DNA of 64,000 nucleotides from Takakia lepidozioides (taxonomy: Eukaryota > Plantae > Bryophyta): positions 24,242,001-24,306,000 of the forward strand of contig CM060734.1 in assembly GCA_030704615.1 (NCBI GenBank). Reading direction: 5' to 3'. The notes beneath the pieces are model-generated. The model did not search any database, was not told the origin of the DNA, and saw only the letters and a list, made by a program, of their open reading frames with translations. Shown here piece after piece: positions 49,470 through 61,218 of the stretch (position 1 is its first letter; each line of letters starts with the position of its first letter). The position numbers and the translations under genes were made by a program.

Positions 49470-50799
49470 TCCACCGTCTCTGTGCGTCCCTCGCTTACAT
49501 TGGCATCTGTCATTTGGGCACCCCTGGCCTCTTCAGTGGCCTTTTCTCTTTCCTCCTGGCTAGCATTCTGTCTCGTCTGTTCTTTTGCCCTCTCTTTTGC
49601 CCTCTCACGGGCTTTCTGTTTCTTACTAGGGCTAGCAGCAGGGGAGCCCTCCAGGAAGACCACCTTTGATTGAGGCGAACTGACACCCTCGCGCGCACTG
49701 CTCACTCCCCCCTCCGCAGCCCGTGACGGCTCTCTTCGCCGGGGATTGCATGTGCTTAGCTTTCTTCTTTTTCTTTGCGTGGGCGGGCCCTACTGCATGT
49801 GCATCAACAACCTCCATTGCCGGATCTGCTGTCCTCATGTCCTCACGCCCTTCACTTGCCATGCCGCCTGCACCAACCTCCCCAATGCCTATTCTGTCGT
49901 ACTCTCGTTGCAAGTCCTCCCGTCCACCAACAAAAGGTTTAAGTTTGCCCTCTCGCCCCAGGTTGGGCGATTCAAACATGCGATGAGTTGGAGCTGTTGA
50001 TGATACCACCAGCGTGCCGGGCTCGTCGTCACTCTGTCATTCCCAAAAATCGTGAGAACCAACATCGGTGCAAAAACCAGCATCGCAACGAGCAGCGCAA
50101 CCACCATAGCAACAATCGTGTAACAAAATGAAAACATAACAAGTTTAGGAAGTATGGAGAGCCATGCAACAACAATGAAAACAAATGCAACCATTGCCTG
50201 AGAATGACATGCACAAGCAGCCTTCTCCAGAGCTGCCGGATTTGCACACGCATTGCAAACAATCTAAGGTTCACTCAACTATCTAAGGTTCACTCATCCA
50301 GCGAAGCCAGGATGAAGATGCAAAAACAAAGCGAGGCAACAAAACGAAAGCGAAAGCGAAAGCAAAAAAGAAATCGAACAAAGCGAAAGCAGAAGTGGCT
50401 TGCCTGAGAGTACTCGGCTTCAGTTGGCGCGGGTTGTGAGCAAGACACTGGAATCTCTTGCTGGAGCTTTAGTTTGGCCATGCGAGAGATTGGCCGTCGT
50501 CCGTAGTACAGAGCTTTCAACTTCCGCCGCGGTCTGGATGTGAGGTCTCTCTCAGGAGAGCCATGCCCTTCAGGCGGCATAAGTCCCAGCCAAAATGGAA
50601 AAAGATCTCCGTTTTTGGGGTACATGCCTCGAATAGCATGTTAAGCCAAGATTAGCATCAGATTTAGGGTACGTATCCAGGAAGCCATGTGTCGCCAGCC
50701 CGAATGAAAACGGACGACGGTGGACATTTATTGCCCAACTGCGCAGTTAAATGTCGGATGAAGCCCTCCATGTCGGATGAAAATCGACGGAAAGAGGCC

Positions 50800-51460
50800 C
50801 GGAATTTCCAACGTAGAGGTAATTCGGAGCGCTGCATGATGGAAATCAGGCGCCGGATTTCCATCCTGCAGGTAATTTGGAGCGCAGCAGGATGGAAATT
50901 CAGTGCCGAATTTGCATTCTGCAAGGTAGGGCGGCGCGCCAAATTTCCCTCATGCAGGTAATTCAGAAGCGGATGGATGGAAATCCGCCGCCGGATTTCC
51001 ATCCGCACAGGTAGGGCGGCGCGCCAAATTTCCCTGACGCAGGTAATTTAGAAGCGGATAGATGGAAATCCGGCGCCGGATTTCCATCCGCGCAGGTAGG
51101 GCGGCGCGCCAAATTTCCCTCACGCAGGTAATTCAGAAGCGGATGGATGGAAATCCGGCGCCGGATTTCCATCCGCGCAGGTAGGGCGGCGCGCGAAATT
51201 TCCCTCAAGTAGGTAATTCGGAGGCGGATGGATGGAAATCTGGCGCCGGATTTCCATCCGCAAGGTTGGGCGGAGAGCGGATGGATGGAGATCCGGCTCC
51301 GAATTTCCATCCTGCAGGTAATTCGAATCCCGGATGGATGGAAATCCGGCACCGAATTTCCATCCAGCAGGTAAGTCGGATCGCTGGCGTATGGATATTC
51401 GGCGCCGAATTTCCATTCGCCAGGTATTTCGAAGCGCTGAATTACCTTCCTGCAAGTAAT
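50800..51460. repeat. Intergenic ~60-81 bp tandem array with GGCGCC-centred palindromes
   Basis: Perfect 30-bp palindrome GGATGGAAATCCGGCGCCGGATTTCCATCC at 51145-51174 plus about eight variants. Confidence 0.93.
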
Positions 51461-51584
51461 TCTGAGCGTGTCCGATTGATTTTTCGGAGAAAAACAAATC
51501 TAACTGTTTGTTTTGTGGCTGAAGTGCACTTGTAGACACGTTTTTCTTGGAATCCTTGACTGCTAGAGGCAAATCGGAACAGCC

Positions 51585-52630
51585 TCGGACGGAAATTCGG
51601 CGCCATTTTTCCATTCTGGGAGGTTTCTGCGACTTCCTTTGAGGGGGCCCCGATGGAAATTCGGCGCCGAATTTCCATCCGGGGGATGGTCTCTGTCGGA
51701 GAGGTGCCGGCCTCTCCGCCGCTCTGTTGGATATTCGGTGCCGAATTTCCGTCCGGGGGTTGAAATATGACGGCCAGGTGCCGGCCTCTCCCCCCTCCCC
51801 GACTGCATTGGAACGGCCCCGGATGGAAATTCGGCGCCGTTTTTCCATCTCGGGAGGTTTTTATGTCGGCCAGTTTTCGGCCTGACCCCCCGACACGACT
51901 TCCTTTGGGGGGACCCGGATGGAAATTCGGCGCCGAATCTCCATCCAGGGGATGCTCTCTGTCGAACACGTGCCGGCCTCTATGCCCGAGGCGACTTCAT
52001 CCGGGCGTCCCCTGTTGGATATTCGGTGCCGAATTTCCGTCCGGGGGTTGAAATGTGACGGCCAGGTGCCGGCCTCTCCCCCCTCCTCGACTGCATCCGA
52101 ACCGCCCCGGATGGAAATTCGGCGCCGTTTTTCCATCTGGGGATGTTTTTATTGCGGCCAATTTTCGGCCTGACCCCCCGACACGACTTCCTTTGGGGGG
52201 GCCCGGATGGAAATTCGGCGCCGAATCTCCATCCAGGGGATATTCTCTGTCGCACACGCGTCGGCCTCTGCGCCCGAGGCAACTTCATCCGGGCTTCCCC
52301 TGTTGCATATTCGGTGCCGAATTTCCGTCCGGGGGTTGTAATGTGAGGGCCAGATGGCGGCCTTTCCCCCGAGCCGACTGCATCCGAAAGGCCTCGGATG
52401 GAAATTCGGCGCCGTTTTTCCATCCGCGGAGGTTTTTATGTCGGCCAGTTTTCGGCCTGACCCCCCGACAGGACTTCCTTTGGGGGGATCCGAATGGAAA
52501 TTCGGCGCTGAATTTCCATCCGGGGGATGTTCTCTGTCGGACAGGTGCCGGCATCTCTGCCCCAAACGACTTCATCCGTGCGGCCCCTGTTGGATATTGG
52601 GTGCCGAATTTCCATTCGGGGGTAGTAATG
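51585..52630. repeat. Intergenic ~288-bp tandem array (~3.6 units), three palindromes per unit
   Basis: GGAAATTCGGCGCCGAATTTCC variants about every 95 bp; period visible at 51821, 52109, 52396. Confidence 0.93.
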
Positions 52631-52919
52631 TGACGGCACGGTGCTGGTTTCTCCCCTTCAGCCGACATCATCCGGACGGCCCCCCACTTTCTGACTTCAT
52701 ACCGTTGGCAGTTATTGCGCAAAGACCAGGGGCCGCATTCCGGAGACAAGGTTCATTAACACTCTGACTGTGGATTTTTGAGATAGTTGGCTCCCTGGAT
52801 TTGGATCAGGCTTCGTCGCTCGGACAAATCGGCACCGCATTCCTTCCCATCGCTGCATCCCCCTTCTACCAGGGAGCTTCCCCGCACGCCATCCTAGCAG
52901 TCTTGTGTGCACATCTCCC

Positions 52920-55345
52920 ATGGCGGAAAACCCGAGCGCTACAGTGTACTGCCCTCCTCACGAGCATAGAGCTTCATTTCCGTGCAGAGGGGACATCTGT
53001 CGGGTGATGGAGAAAGATCTGTGCGTTCGATACCACCTGAAACCGGGGTCGGTTTTTTTGGAGGAGGAAAGGAAGGACTCAAACGGCCTTGTTGTCGAGA
53101 GTATTGTTGTGCTCCACGATGATTTTGGCGATGGCAGGGAATGGCGAGTTCCACCATCAGACAGCGTCATATACAGGGCTGTTGGGGACTTCATTTGCCC
53201 GCCAAATGCACCTTCTATCCTGGCGCCTTCCACGAAACAATCCGCGAATCAGAGAGTGGCTACCTCAAAGAGAGAAGTCCGCAACGAAGTAAATCCAGAG
53301 CCGAACCCATCCATGAAGACGAGCGAGAACCGGGTTGTTCACAACCTGTCCGACTCAGACGAGGTCATGGAAGTTCCGAGGTCGTCCTGGAGATCAGGCA
53401 AGTCCTCAATGGACGTCAGTGGAGGAGGGAGTCATATTCCCAGCACGAGCACCGCAGTTCTATCTATTCTTGAAATTCTGCGAGGGCTTCACCTGGAGGG
53501 ACACCGGTCGGAGCTGGCCGGGCTGGACTACAGCAAGTTCGCAATTAAATCGGTTACATGCCTTCTCGCCGACGTCGACGGTCATATCTTCTTTGAGTTC
53601 CCTCCTCGGGCGGACTACTCGAGGGCGTCCGGAATGTTGACAGATATGGATAGAAAACATGACGGTCATCCTTGGTGCGTTACCAAAACCACCAGCATGA
53701 AGATGCTCGATGGTGTGCGGGTGCGCTACGTTGTTTGTGCGGGCGCGTTGCGGTGTTTCTCCCCAACTTGCTTCCACTTTAAATCCAGAGGTCACAGGAA
53801 CGAGACCGATTGGACAGGCACAGCTCATCAACCATTTTGAGCTCAGGAGAAGGTTCCGAACTCTACATTTAAGTGTGCGCATTGCAAAGAACCACCACAC
53901 TGCATGTCTGTTTGTAATGCCAAGCAGTTCTATGTGTTGCACCGTTTCCCTGACCTCACCCGAGCTTGCATACACGTTGGTTCCCATTGTCACAAATTGG
54001 CGAGGGGGAACTCGCGGGAGGCAGAGCAGCTCGTTCAGGAGGAGGTTAAGTTAAGACCGGGTGCCAAACCCAAACAGATATAGCTCCAAGCCGCCCATAA
54101 GATGGCATTGGCCAGAATTATGTCGGAAGACGGCTCCGATAGAGTTCCTCTCGATGAGAAGGAAATGGAGGCATTGCTGGAGTCGGTGTCCCACGTATGT
54201 TCATCGAATGTCCGAAACCACATTGTCTCATGCAAACAGAAAATTGGGTGTGGCTCGGATATGCACTCCATTCTGGAGGTGAAGCGACGATGTGGATATG
54301 ACTACATTCATGGAAGTAGGTTTCCAGGACAAGGGACTGAGGCAGATCGTTGTTTCGTATTCAAAATGTCCACGTGTGGACCTGGCAGCGACGTCGAACT
54401 GGTCGACAGGATGACGAGTGGGGACTTGTCAAACAGTTGGGTCATGTTCGACCATATCAAGCGAATTACAAATCACCAGTGGGTGACAATGGGTGCACAT
54501 GTCTACAACACCCACTGCAGGATGCTAATGACAATTGCTATTTGTGAGATGAAAGGAGAGGACACACAATCGGAGATGCTTCTTTGGCAGGGAATAAACG
54601 AACAGATGGTCAAGGCGGGATTGCCCCCTCCCAATTTCCGTGGTTTCATGGCGGACAACGCACAAGCAAATTGGGCTGCCATCCGAAGGGTGTACGGGCA
54701 AGACCCCAATGTTCCCATGGAAGGCAAGGAGAGATCTTGTGGGTTCCATTTTCTGTAGAGCCTTTCGCAGTACACAACCAAGCTCGTGGCGCCAGATTTC
54801 AGAGAGGAGCACCGTTCCATGTACCTTGCGTGGAAGCGCGCTCCCACCTTGGATGATGCAGAGACACAGTTCGCATGTATACGGGCTTGGTGGACATCGT
54901 CAGGTGCTGTAAGGAAATCAGACGAGGGAGCAATGGTCAGTTGGCTAGCATGGTGGCATTATCATTTCCTCCAGTTTGGCGACTATATGCGGGAGGTGAG
55001 TTGCACGAATTCGCTTCCTGTTGAATATTATTCTTGGCCATATTTGTAACTTGCTTGTAACCTCAACATGTGCTTGTGCAGGAAATGTGTCTCGACTCCG
55101 ACACCGACATGCCCACGACAAACATGGCCGAATCAGTGCACTCTTCCTGGCGTGCCTCCTCTGCGGCGCATCTGGTGGACATCCTCACTGCCACAACGGA
55201 GGACATTGTGAGGTCAATTATGCAGCAATGCAGGTACAACGAGTTCTTGAAAGGGAAACAGTGGGGCTTGGGGCCGGACAGGCAGGAAATGCTGATGCGG
55301 ACTGCCTCTAGATTGAAGAATCCTCGGAAGTGGGCGGCGGCCTTG
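52920..55345 (+). pseudogene. MULE-like transposase of element A (GCM-like zinc domain plus DDE), truncated
   Basis: MDRKHDGHPW...CAGALRC; VMFDHIKR; FMADNAQAN; SCGFH (CxxH); TNMAESVH; intron 54996-55081; internal stops and a frameshift. Confidence 0.82.
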
Positions 55346-55659
55346 TGAGAGGGCCTTCGGGACACGCCATTGCTTCAACGACGCTATCGCGTGAGCCTGG
55401 CGCGTGAGCGTGTGAGCGTACGCTCACACAATGATGACGTGGCGTGAGCCTACGCTCACGCTGCTGACATGGCACTGATGCTGACGTGGCGTGAGCCTGG
55501 TCCAGGTCATGCCACGTCACCACAAAGAAGGTGGGCCTATAACCGTGGAGTCCCCAACTGCTGATTTCACCACATGAAGGTGAAACGGATGAAGGGTTTT
55601 GGGCTTTCCTGGAGTTCAACCTTCTGTTAACAGGAGCTTCATTTCGTAGAACTGAAATG

Positions 55660-55850
55660 AACCTCGTGTCGACACAAGGGGGATTTGGAGAACTTCAACA
55701 AAACCTCGTGTTAACACGAGGTTGTTTTCCTGGAACAAAAATGAACTTCGTGTTGACACGATGTTGTTTTCTGAGAACTAAAATCATCTTTGTGTCAACA
55801 CAAGGAGGATTTGGAGAACTTCAAGTAAACCTCATGTTGAGACGAGGTTG
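55660..55850. repeat. Five palindromes at 42-bp spacing (AACCTCGTGTTAACACGAGGTT type)
   Basis: Copies at ~55660, 55702, 55744, 55786, 55828. Confidence 0.85.
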
Positions 55851-56031
55851 ATTTGATCATCTGTCTATCTGAAGGTAGTTTCTTGTGTTTGCTAATGAAA
55901 ATAGAATGACAAACCAATGCGACAAATGCATTGACCCACGCATAGCAAAGATGTTAGACGACATACATTGAGAGTCACTGGACTTGAACAGTCGTTCCGT
56001 TACAAGTTGTAGTCAAGGAAAACACAGATTT

Positions 56032-59000
56032 TTATGGGCTTGTATCCCGTTGTAGAAGTGTGTTGACTTCGTTGAAACTCATAGTGGCTTGGTGAATGAA
56101 GAAGTCGCGCTTTGGATCACAAACCATCCTTCTCAAGAAGACGAAGTAAAGGTGTTTGCACGGTATGAACTTCCCTCTCTTTCCCAAACTACTTGAAAGC
56201 ATACCAACAAAATCAGGACATGTACAATTGGGAAAATTGGAAACAGTGATTTCGTACGTCATGTCCTGCAGCGCAGATGCGGATGAGATCATGGTGAAGA
56301 CCCGACCATACCCTGGATCAGGCACTTCCATTGTTCCCGCACCACGAGCGTGAAGCATTCTGGCGGACTCAATTTTGCTGTAGTGTTCTGCGGTTGGAGG
56401 GAATCGTCGAACCAGCTTCCCATTCCGTCTGGTTGGCCACAAGTGAGCGTCAGGCGGAGGTACCCGTGAACCGCTTCCACTTGAAGCACCTTCACGTGCA
56501 ATGGAATGTCTGGCTAGGGGGAAACCCGCCTCTTCCAGCATTGCGATCTCTCGGTGAGTGAGACCTGTGCCCATCTTCACAGGCCACACGGTTGGTGGAG
56601 TAGGCTTCCTTACCACGGAAGGCCTCACTGTACCATGCACACATCTCCCACAATCGTCAGCGCAGAACCAGAACTTGTGGTTCTTTGCCTCGCCTTGTCC
56701 GTAAGGGAGAAACAAACCCGTGAATGTAGGAGCTGCAGTGCGTTCTTTCCCTCTGGAGATTAATGATGTACATTTTTCATGATTGGTGGCCCTGATCGCC
56801 GCGCATTTCACACGAGATCCAGCACTTGTGCGTTCTATATGCCAAACCTCGTCCAAGCCCATGGACTCGATTATATGCGGCACCACGTTCTGGTCTTCAA
56901 CCATTGCAGTGACAATGCTTGATGCAGGGGTCCGGTCTGGGGCAGAGTAGCCCTCACCTGTGGATGTTCCGCAATTCCATCTCTGATCCAAGGGAACACG
57001 TGGCGTCGAGAAGTTCACCCTGTCCGCCCTATGGGAATCTGCATCCGATCCCTGAGGGGTGTCCAATTTCCGTTTGCAAGACCCGAATCTCTCTTCGCCT
57101 TCCAGATGGGGAACTCTTCCCACGAGAGGGGTGCCATCTGCACATATGCTCACTGCCCGCGCTATTTTGCTGGGATCCCCTGATCTTCCAGCTGCCCGCA
57201 ACATCAACTCGCTCCTGTCCGGACCTTTGCCACCAAGGCCACCCCTCAAGAATGACCTATATCTGGTTTGCTGCTGCAGAGCACGAATGAGGTCATCGGC
57301 CGTCGCCGCATACAAATCTCTCCTTTTTTTGTCGGATTGCTGCAACCAGGCATTGTGCACTGTCTCCGCAAGATTGCAAGAAGGCATGTCCGCCATCTCC
57401 TCAATGGACATATGCTGCAAGGCAAAAAAACAGAAAGCCGATATTAGGATTGGACCCTGAAAGATATATCCGAAGCACCCAAACGAAGGTGAATACAAAC
57501 CACTCACCGTTGTCATGGCCGCTCCCCACTGTCGGCAACGGAAGTGCCAAAATGCGAACCAGTCTTGCAGTGCCCTCATGCTGTCCTCCGATGCCGCTCC
57601 AGATGAGTACCACCAGGCACGAATTGTCTGGAACAATGTATTCGCTTCCCCATAGTTTTGGCGTCTTTGTACTGGTTGCACAGTTGGCGATGCATAGTCT
57701 GCATATCTGGCTTGATGTATGTCTTTGTGTGTTTGTCCAGGGATTGTGTCCAATGGAAAAGACATGTACGTTCTCTTCCAGGCATTGGCACTTTTGGGTC
57801 TCCCGTCCCGAACACAATGCGGACAGCGTTGAAGTTAGCTTGAGCACTATCGGCCATGAAACCAACGAAATTGGGAGATGGGAGACCATTGGAGGCCATA
57901 ACTCGAATGAGAGCTTCCCACATGAGCTGTTGTGAATCTGTGTCCTCTGACTGCATGTCACACACTGCAATTGTCATGACCCGCTGGTACACAGGGTCGT
58001 AAACATGACATGCCATTGTGGTCCAGTCTTTAACCCTCTTGACATGATCGAACATAAGGAAGCAGTTGCCAAGATCGCCACCCTTCTGCATACGTTTAAC
58101 CAAGCTGACCCCGCTGCCCTCACCTTTTGTGGACATTTTAAACAAGAACACTTTCCTGGCTCCTTGTCCCGGGAAAACGCTGTCTTGGATGTAGTCATAC
58201 ATGCTCATTTTCTTCAAATCCATAATATTGTCCATATAACCTCGGCTCCCAGAGCCCATTCTTAAAGCGTTCACCTGATTCCTAATGTTTGGAGAAGTCA
58301 AAGTTGAGAAATGGTCCATAACAGTGTCCAAAGCCGATCCCTCCAGTATTCCTCCAACCAAATTTGATGCACACAGAATACGGCTTTCCAGAAAGGACTT
58401 GCTCGCCCCCATGGCAATTGCAAATGTGGTTCCAGTTGGATTGGTATCCAACTCTTGCCTTATCAGACGCGAGACTGTGTCAACGCTCTCCCTATAATCC
58501 CCCTTGGACACAGGGTGGTTGTGAAAACCGAAATGGACACAGGCTCTAGTCAGGGTTTTGAATCGATGCACCACATAATACATTCTGGCGCCACACAAAG
58601 CAAGGCAGCAAGGTGGTACCCTACAGAACTTGCACACAAAAGTGTTACTGTATGGTGGTGTCACCCCAGGCTTGAATGGATTCTCACTGACACCATCCCA
58701 TTCGCTTTGGTTTTGCACACCTGACAATGCGAAGTGTCTGCATTTCATGTTCTCGCATTTCAGGTGCCCATTACAGACTATTCGCCTGAATATGAGGTTG
58801 TCGTTGTTGTGAATATTGGAGGTTTTTGTGCGGCACCAAGGGTGCCCATCGTGCTTTTTGTCCATTCCTTCCAGGAGACTGGAAATGCCCCCCACGCGAC
58901 CAGGAGGAGGCAGCTCGAAAACAGTATTACCATCAAAAGATTCCGGCAAGAATGCCACCCTCTGAATATTGAAAGTGCTCCAGTCTATCCCCCTCAACTC

Positions 59001-59534
59001 ACTCTTGAATCCTGCCATCCCACCCATGGCTTTCAGTTTAGGAATGACACTGGTGATCTCCTCCACATCTGCTTCTACATGTGGACATGGCTGATCCACG
59101 GGCGGTATTGCACATGTGTCATCGGAGGATGAGTCCGAAAGCTCAACTACAGTGTTAACGGTACTCGTCTCCTTCTTGACAACCACGGGTGTTTTCTCCT
59201 GGGCCACTGATGCTGCCATGCCAGGAGTTACGAAAGATCCTGCAGACTGTCTCAGAGGAGCACAAAGCACCCTGTATCTGCCTGGAGGCACTCTCCATTG
59301 TGTGGCTAGTGCAGTATGCGAAGGTTTCTGGAACACGTACTTGAGCAGTTTTCCATTGGCATCGTACACTTCCCTTTGAAGGAATAGAGTTCCATTTTCC
59401 AACCGAAACTGCGTTGCGAGGACGTGTTCATGCACCAGCGCAAAACCATCATCTTCCACCTCGTAAGAAAATGGCACAGGGTGGTCCTCACTGAAGAAGT
59501 CCGCGTCAAGGGAGCCCATGGCCTGGGAGGCCAT
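56032..59534 (-). CDS. MULE-like transposase of element B, near full length (GCM-like, DDE, SWIM)
   Basis: MDKKHDGHPW...CNGHLKC; LMFDHVKRV; FMADSAQAN; TCLFHW; CNLAETVH; CTCPDF...PCKH; intron 57415-57507 at the same position as in A; one frameshift near 57650. Confidence 0.88.
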
Positions 59535-60695
59535 ATATCGATGTTGCTTCAGAAAGTAGAGTTCACAGTCCGACGGTGCTTGTGAATGCAAATTGTGTGG
59601 GAGCGGAGTTTTTGGCGTCCTCACAGAGAATTGCAGGTATCGCTCCGGCTTGCAGATCTCCTAACGCGGGTTTCCACTTCTGTGAAATGTCTCCCCATGC
59701 GAACCAAGCGCATGGTCACAGTGCCCTGGAGTCCTCAGCCCTAATCCTCCAAATTTTTTCACAAGTGCCCCACCAGTGCATTCGTTGACAGATTGACTGA
59801 CAGAGCCACCGTTTGGTTGTCATGTCAGAGAGGCCAGAAGAGATGCCCATTTCCATTTAATTTTAACGGCACCTGCACCGCTGTACAACTGTACATACTT
59901 GACATTCCTCTGGAACATCCCAGAATAAATTGCCCAATAATGAACTTTTTCAGATGAGAGGTGATTAGACCCCAACGATTTTTGGATGGATGAGGATCCA
60001 ATGATCTCCGCCAATATTTCATAACGATTAGATGGACACGTGTTCGCCATGCATGTGGAATGAGTCAGTGGCGCACTGAACGTTGCGAGCGAACATCTTG
60101 GCGTTGAAGGCCTTGCAATGAACCTCCCATAGTCCTCTTTTTTCCCTCTTCTCCGTATTGTCTTTGCAACCCTGGATTCTGCAGAGACGGTGACCCCATT
60201 CCGAGGGAGAAGCAAGCGTCGAAGAACACTTTATTTCACATCAAACAAGCAAAGGGCACGCGCTAAGGAGAGGATGAGGAAGGCGAGACGGGAACTTAGA
60301 ATGGGAGAAGAAACATCCGGCGTAGAGGAAGACGAAGGGCAAAACAGGATTCTGCAACCGCAGTGTGGAGAGGAAGGTCTTCAAGTGATCCCGGAGGCGA
60401 CCGATGAGCAACCTCCAATAGAAGGGGGGGAGGACGAGGAAGTGAGCTGGGCTCGGGAGAAAGCACTGCGAGTAGAGAAACAGGTCTTCAAAGAGCAGGG
60501 AGAACAAACAGACGCGGAAACGATGCCGTCTGCCCTTGTTTTGCACCATCGGGACCTCCTTGGAAGCATGCTACCTCCAGACCACATGGAAAGATTGAAT
60601 GCGTCAGGAGCATCATCAAGTGCAAAGAAGAAACCGGAGGTGGCTATGAACTCTCTTTCTCTCTCTCTGATTCTGTCTGGTTCTTGCTAAGCATT

Positions 60696-61218
60696 GAGGT
60701 CGACATCAACCTTGCGTCAACGCAAGGTTGAAGTCGACCTCGTAAGTGTATATATTGGGCATCAAAACAGTGCAGATGTTGCACTACAATCAAGCTAGAC
60801 AGACATGGATGCTTGCGACGCATCATCAAGTTCGAAGAAGAAGCAGAGACAACAATCTCCTTTTCCTGTAGCTTTTGTGTTTGTTCAACACCGATCCGAG
60901 AGCTCGCAATCAACCTTGCGTCAACGCAAGGTTGATGCCACCCTCCATGGTGTATGTTAGAACTTCTAGTGAAACGAACAGATGCCGCACAGGAATCAAC
61001 ATTGCGTTGACGCAAGGCTGGTTTTGATGATTTTTTTGTTCAATGGAAGCGTCCGATCTCTCATACCCTGAACTGTAAGGTAGGGAAAGTTGATTAGTTG
61101 AAGCTCCCAAAAGAACCCTGCGTCAACGCAAAGCATTTTTTGCTTCAAAAGTCTTTCCTGTATGTCTTTCAGTCTAAACTACATCCCCATCAATCAACCT
61201 TGCGTCAAAGCAAGGTTG
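60696..61218. repeat. Five intronic palindromes CAACCTTGCGTYRACGCAAGGTTG
   Basis: 60707, 60911, 60997, 61113, 61195; the first extends to a near-perfect 46-bp palindrome (60696-60741). Confidence 0.9.

Larger units (their letters stand above)
43184..50625 (-). pseudogene. Multi-exon cargo gene copy A: ParB/Srx-like domain, helical middle region, beta-class N4C/N6A DNA methyltransferase-like domain
   Basis: IPLCRL..VRP / VWDGNHHLLAW (47999-48013) / AMADIN; MILLDIPDG (44653-44664); RSPAFIQTLMETCSDVQGRILDLTCGT|GASMWAG..RHVFAF (44054-44078 and next exon); GT-AG introns; solo-LTR insertion; start and stop approximate. Confidence 0.78.
42961..55345. mobile_element. MULE-like DNA transposon A (cargo gene minus, transposase plus), nested in G3 and interrupted by element B
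   Basis: G3 coding sequence stops abruptly at GGGGGGCTGCTATTTCATGAGC; divergent two-gene layout mirrored by element B; exact termini inferred. Confidence 0.7.

Noticed and set aside
43184-50625. Bacterial or phage contamination as the source of the ParB-MTase gene
   Set aside because: Conserved GT-AG introns in three copies, a plant solo-LTR insertion, and nesting within plant retrotransposons.
45570-52630. CRISPR-like or protein-coding reading of the GGCGCC arrays (many overlapping ORFs)
   Set aside because: Spacers are themselves repeated, so these are tandem arrays; the ORFs are by-products of repeat translation.
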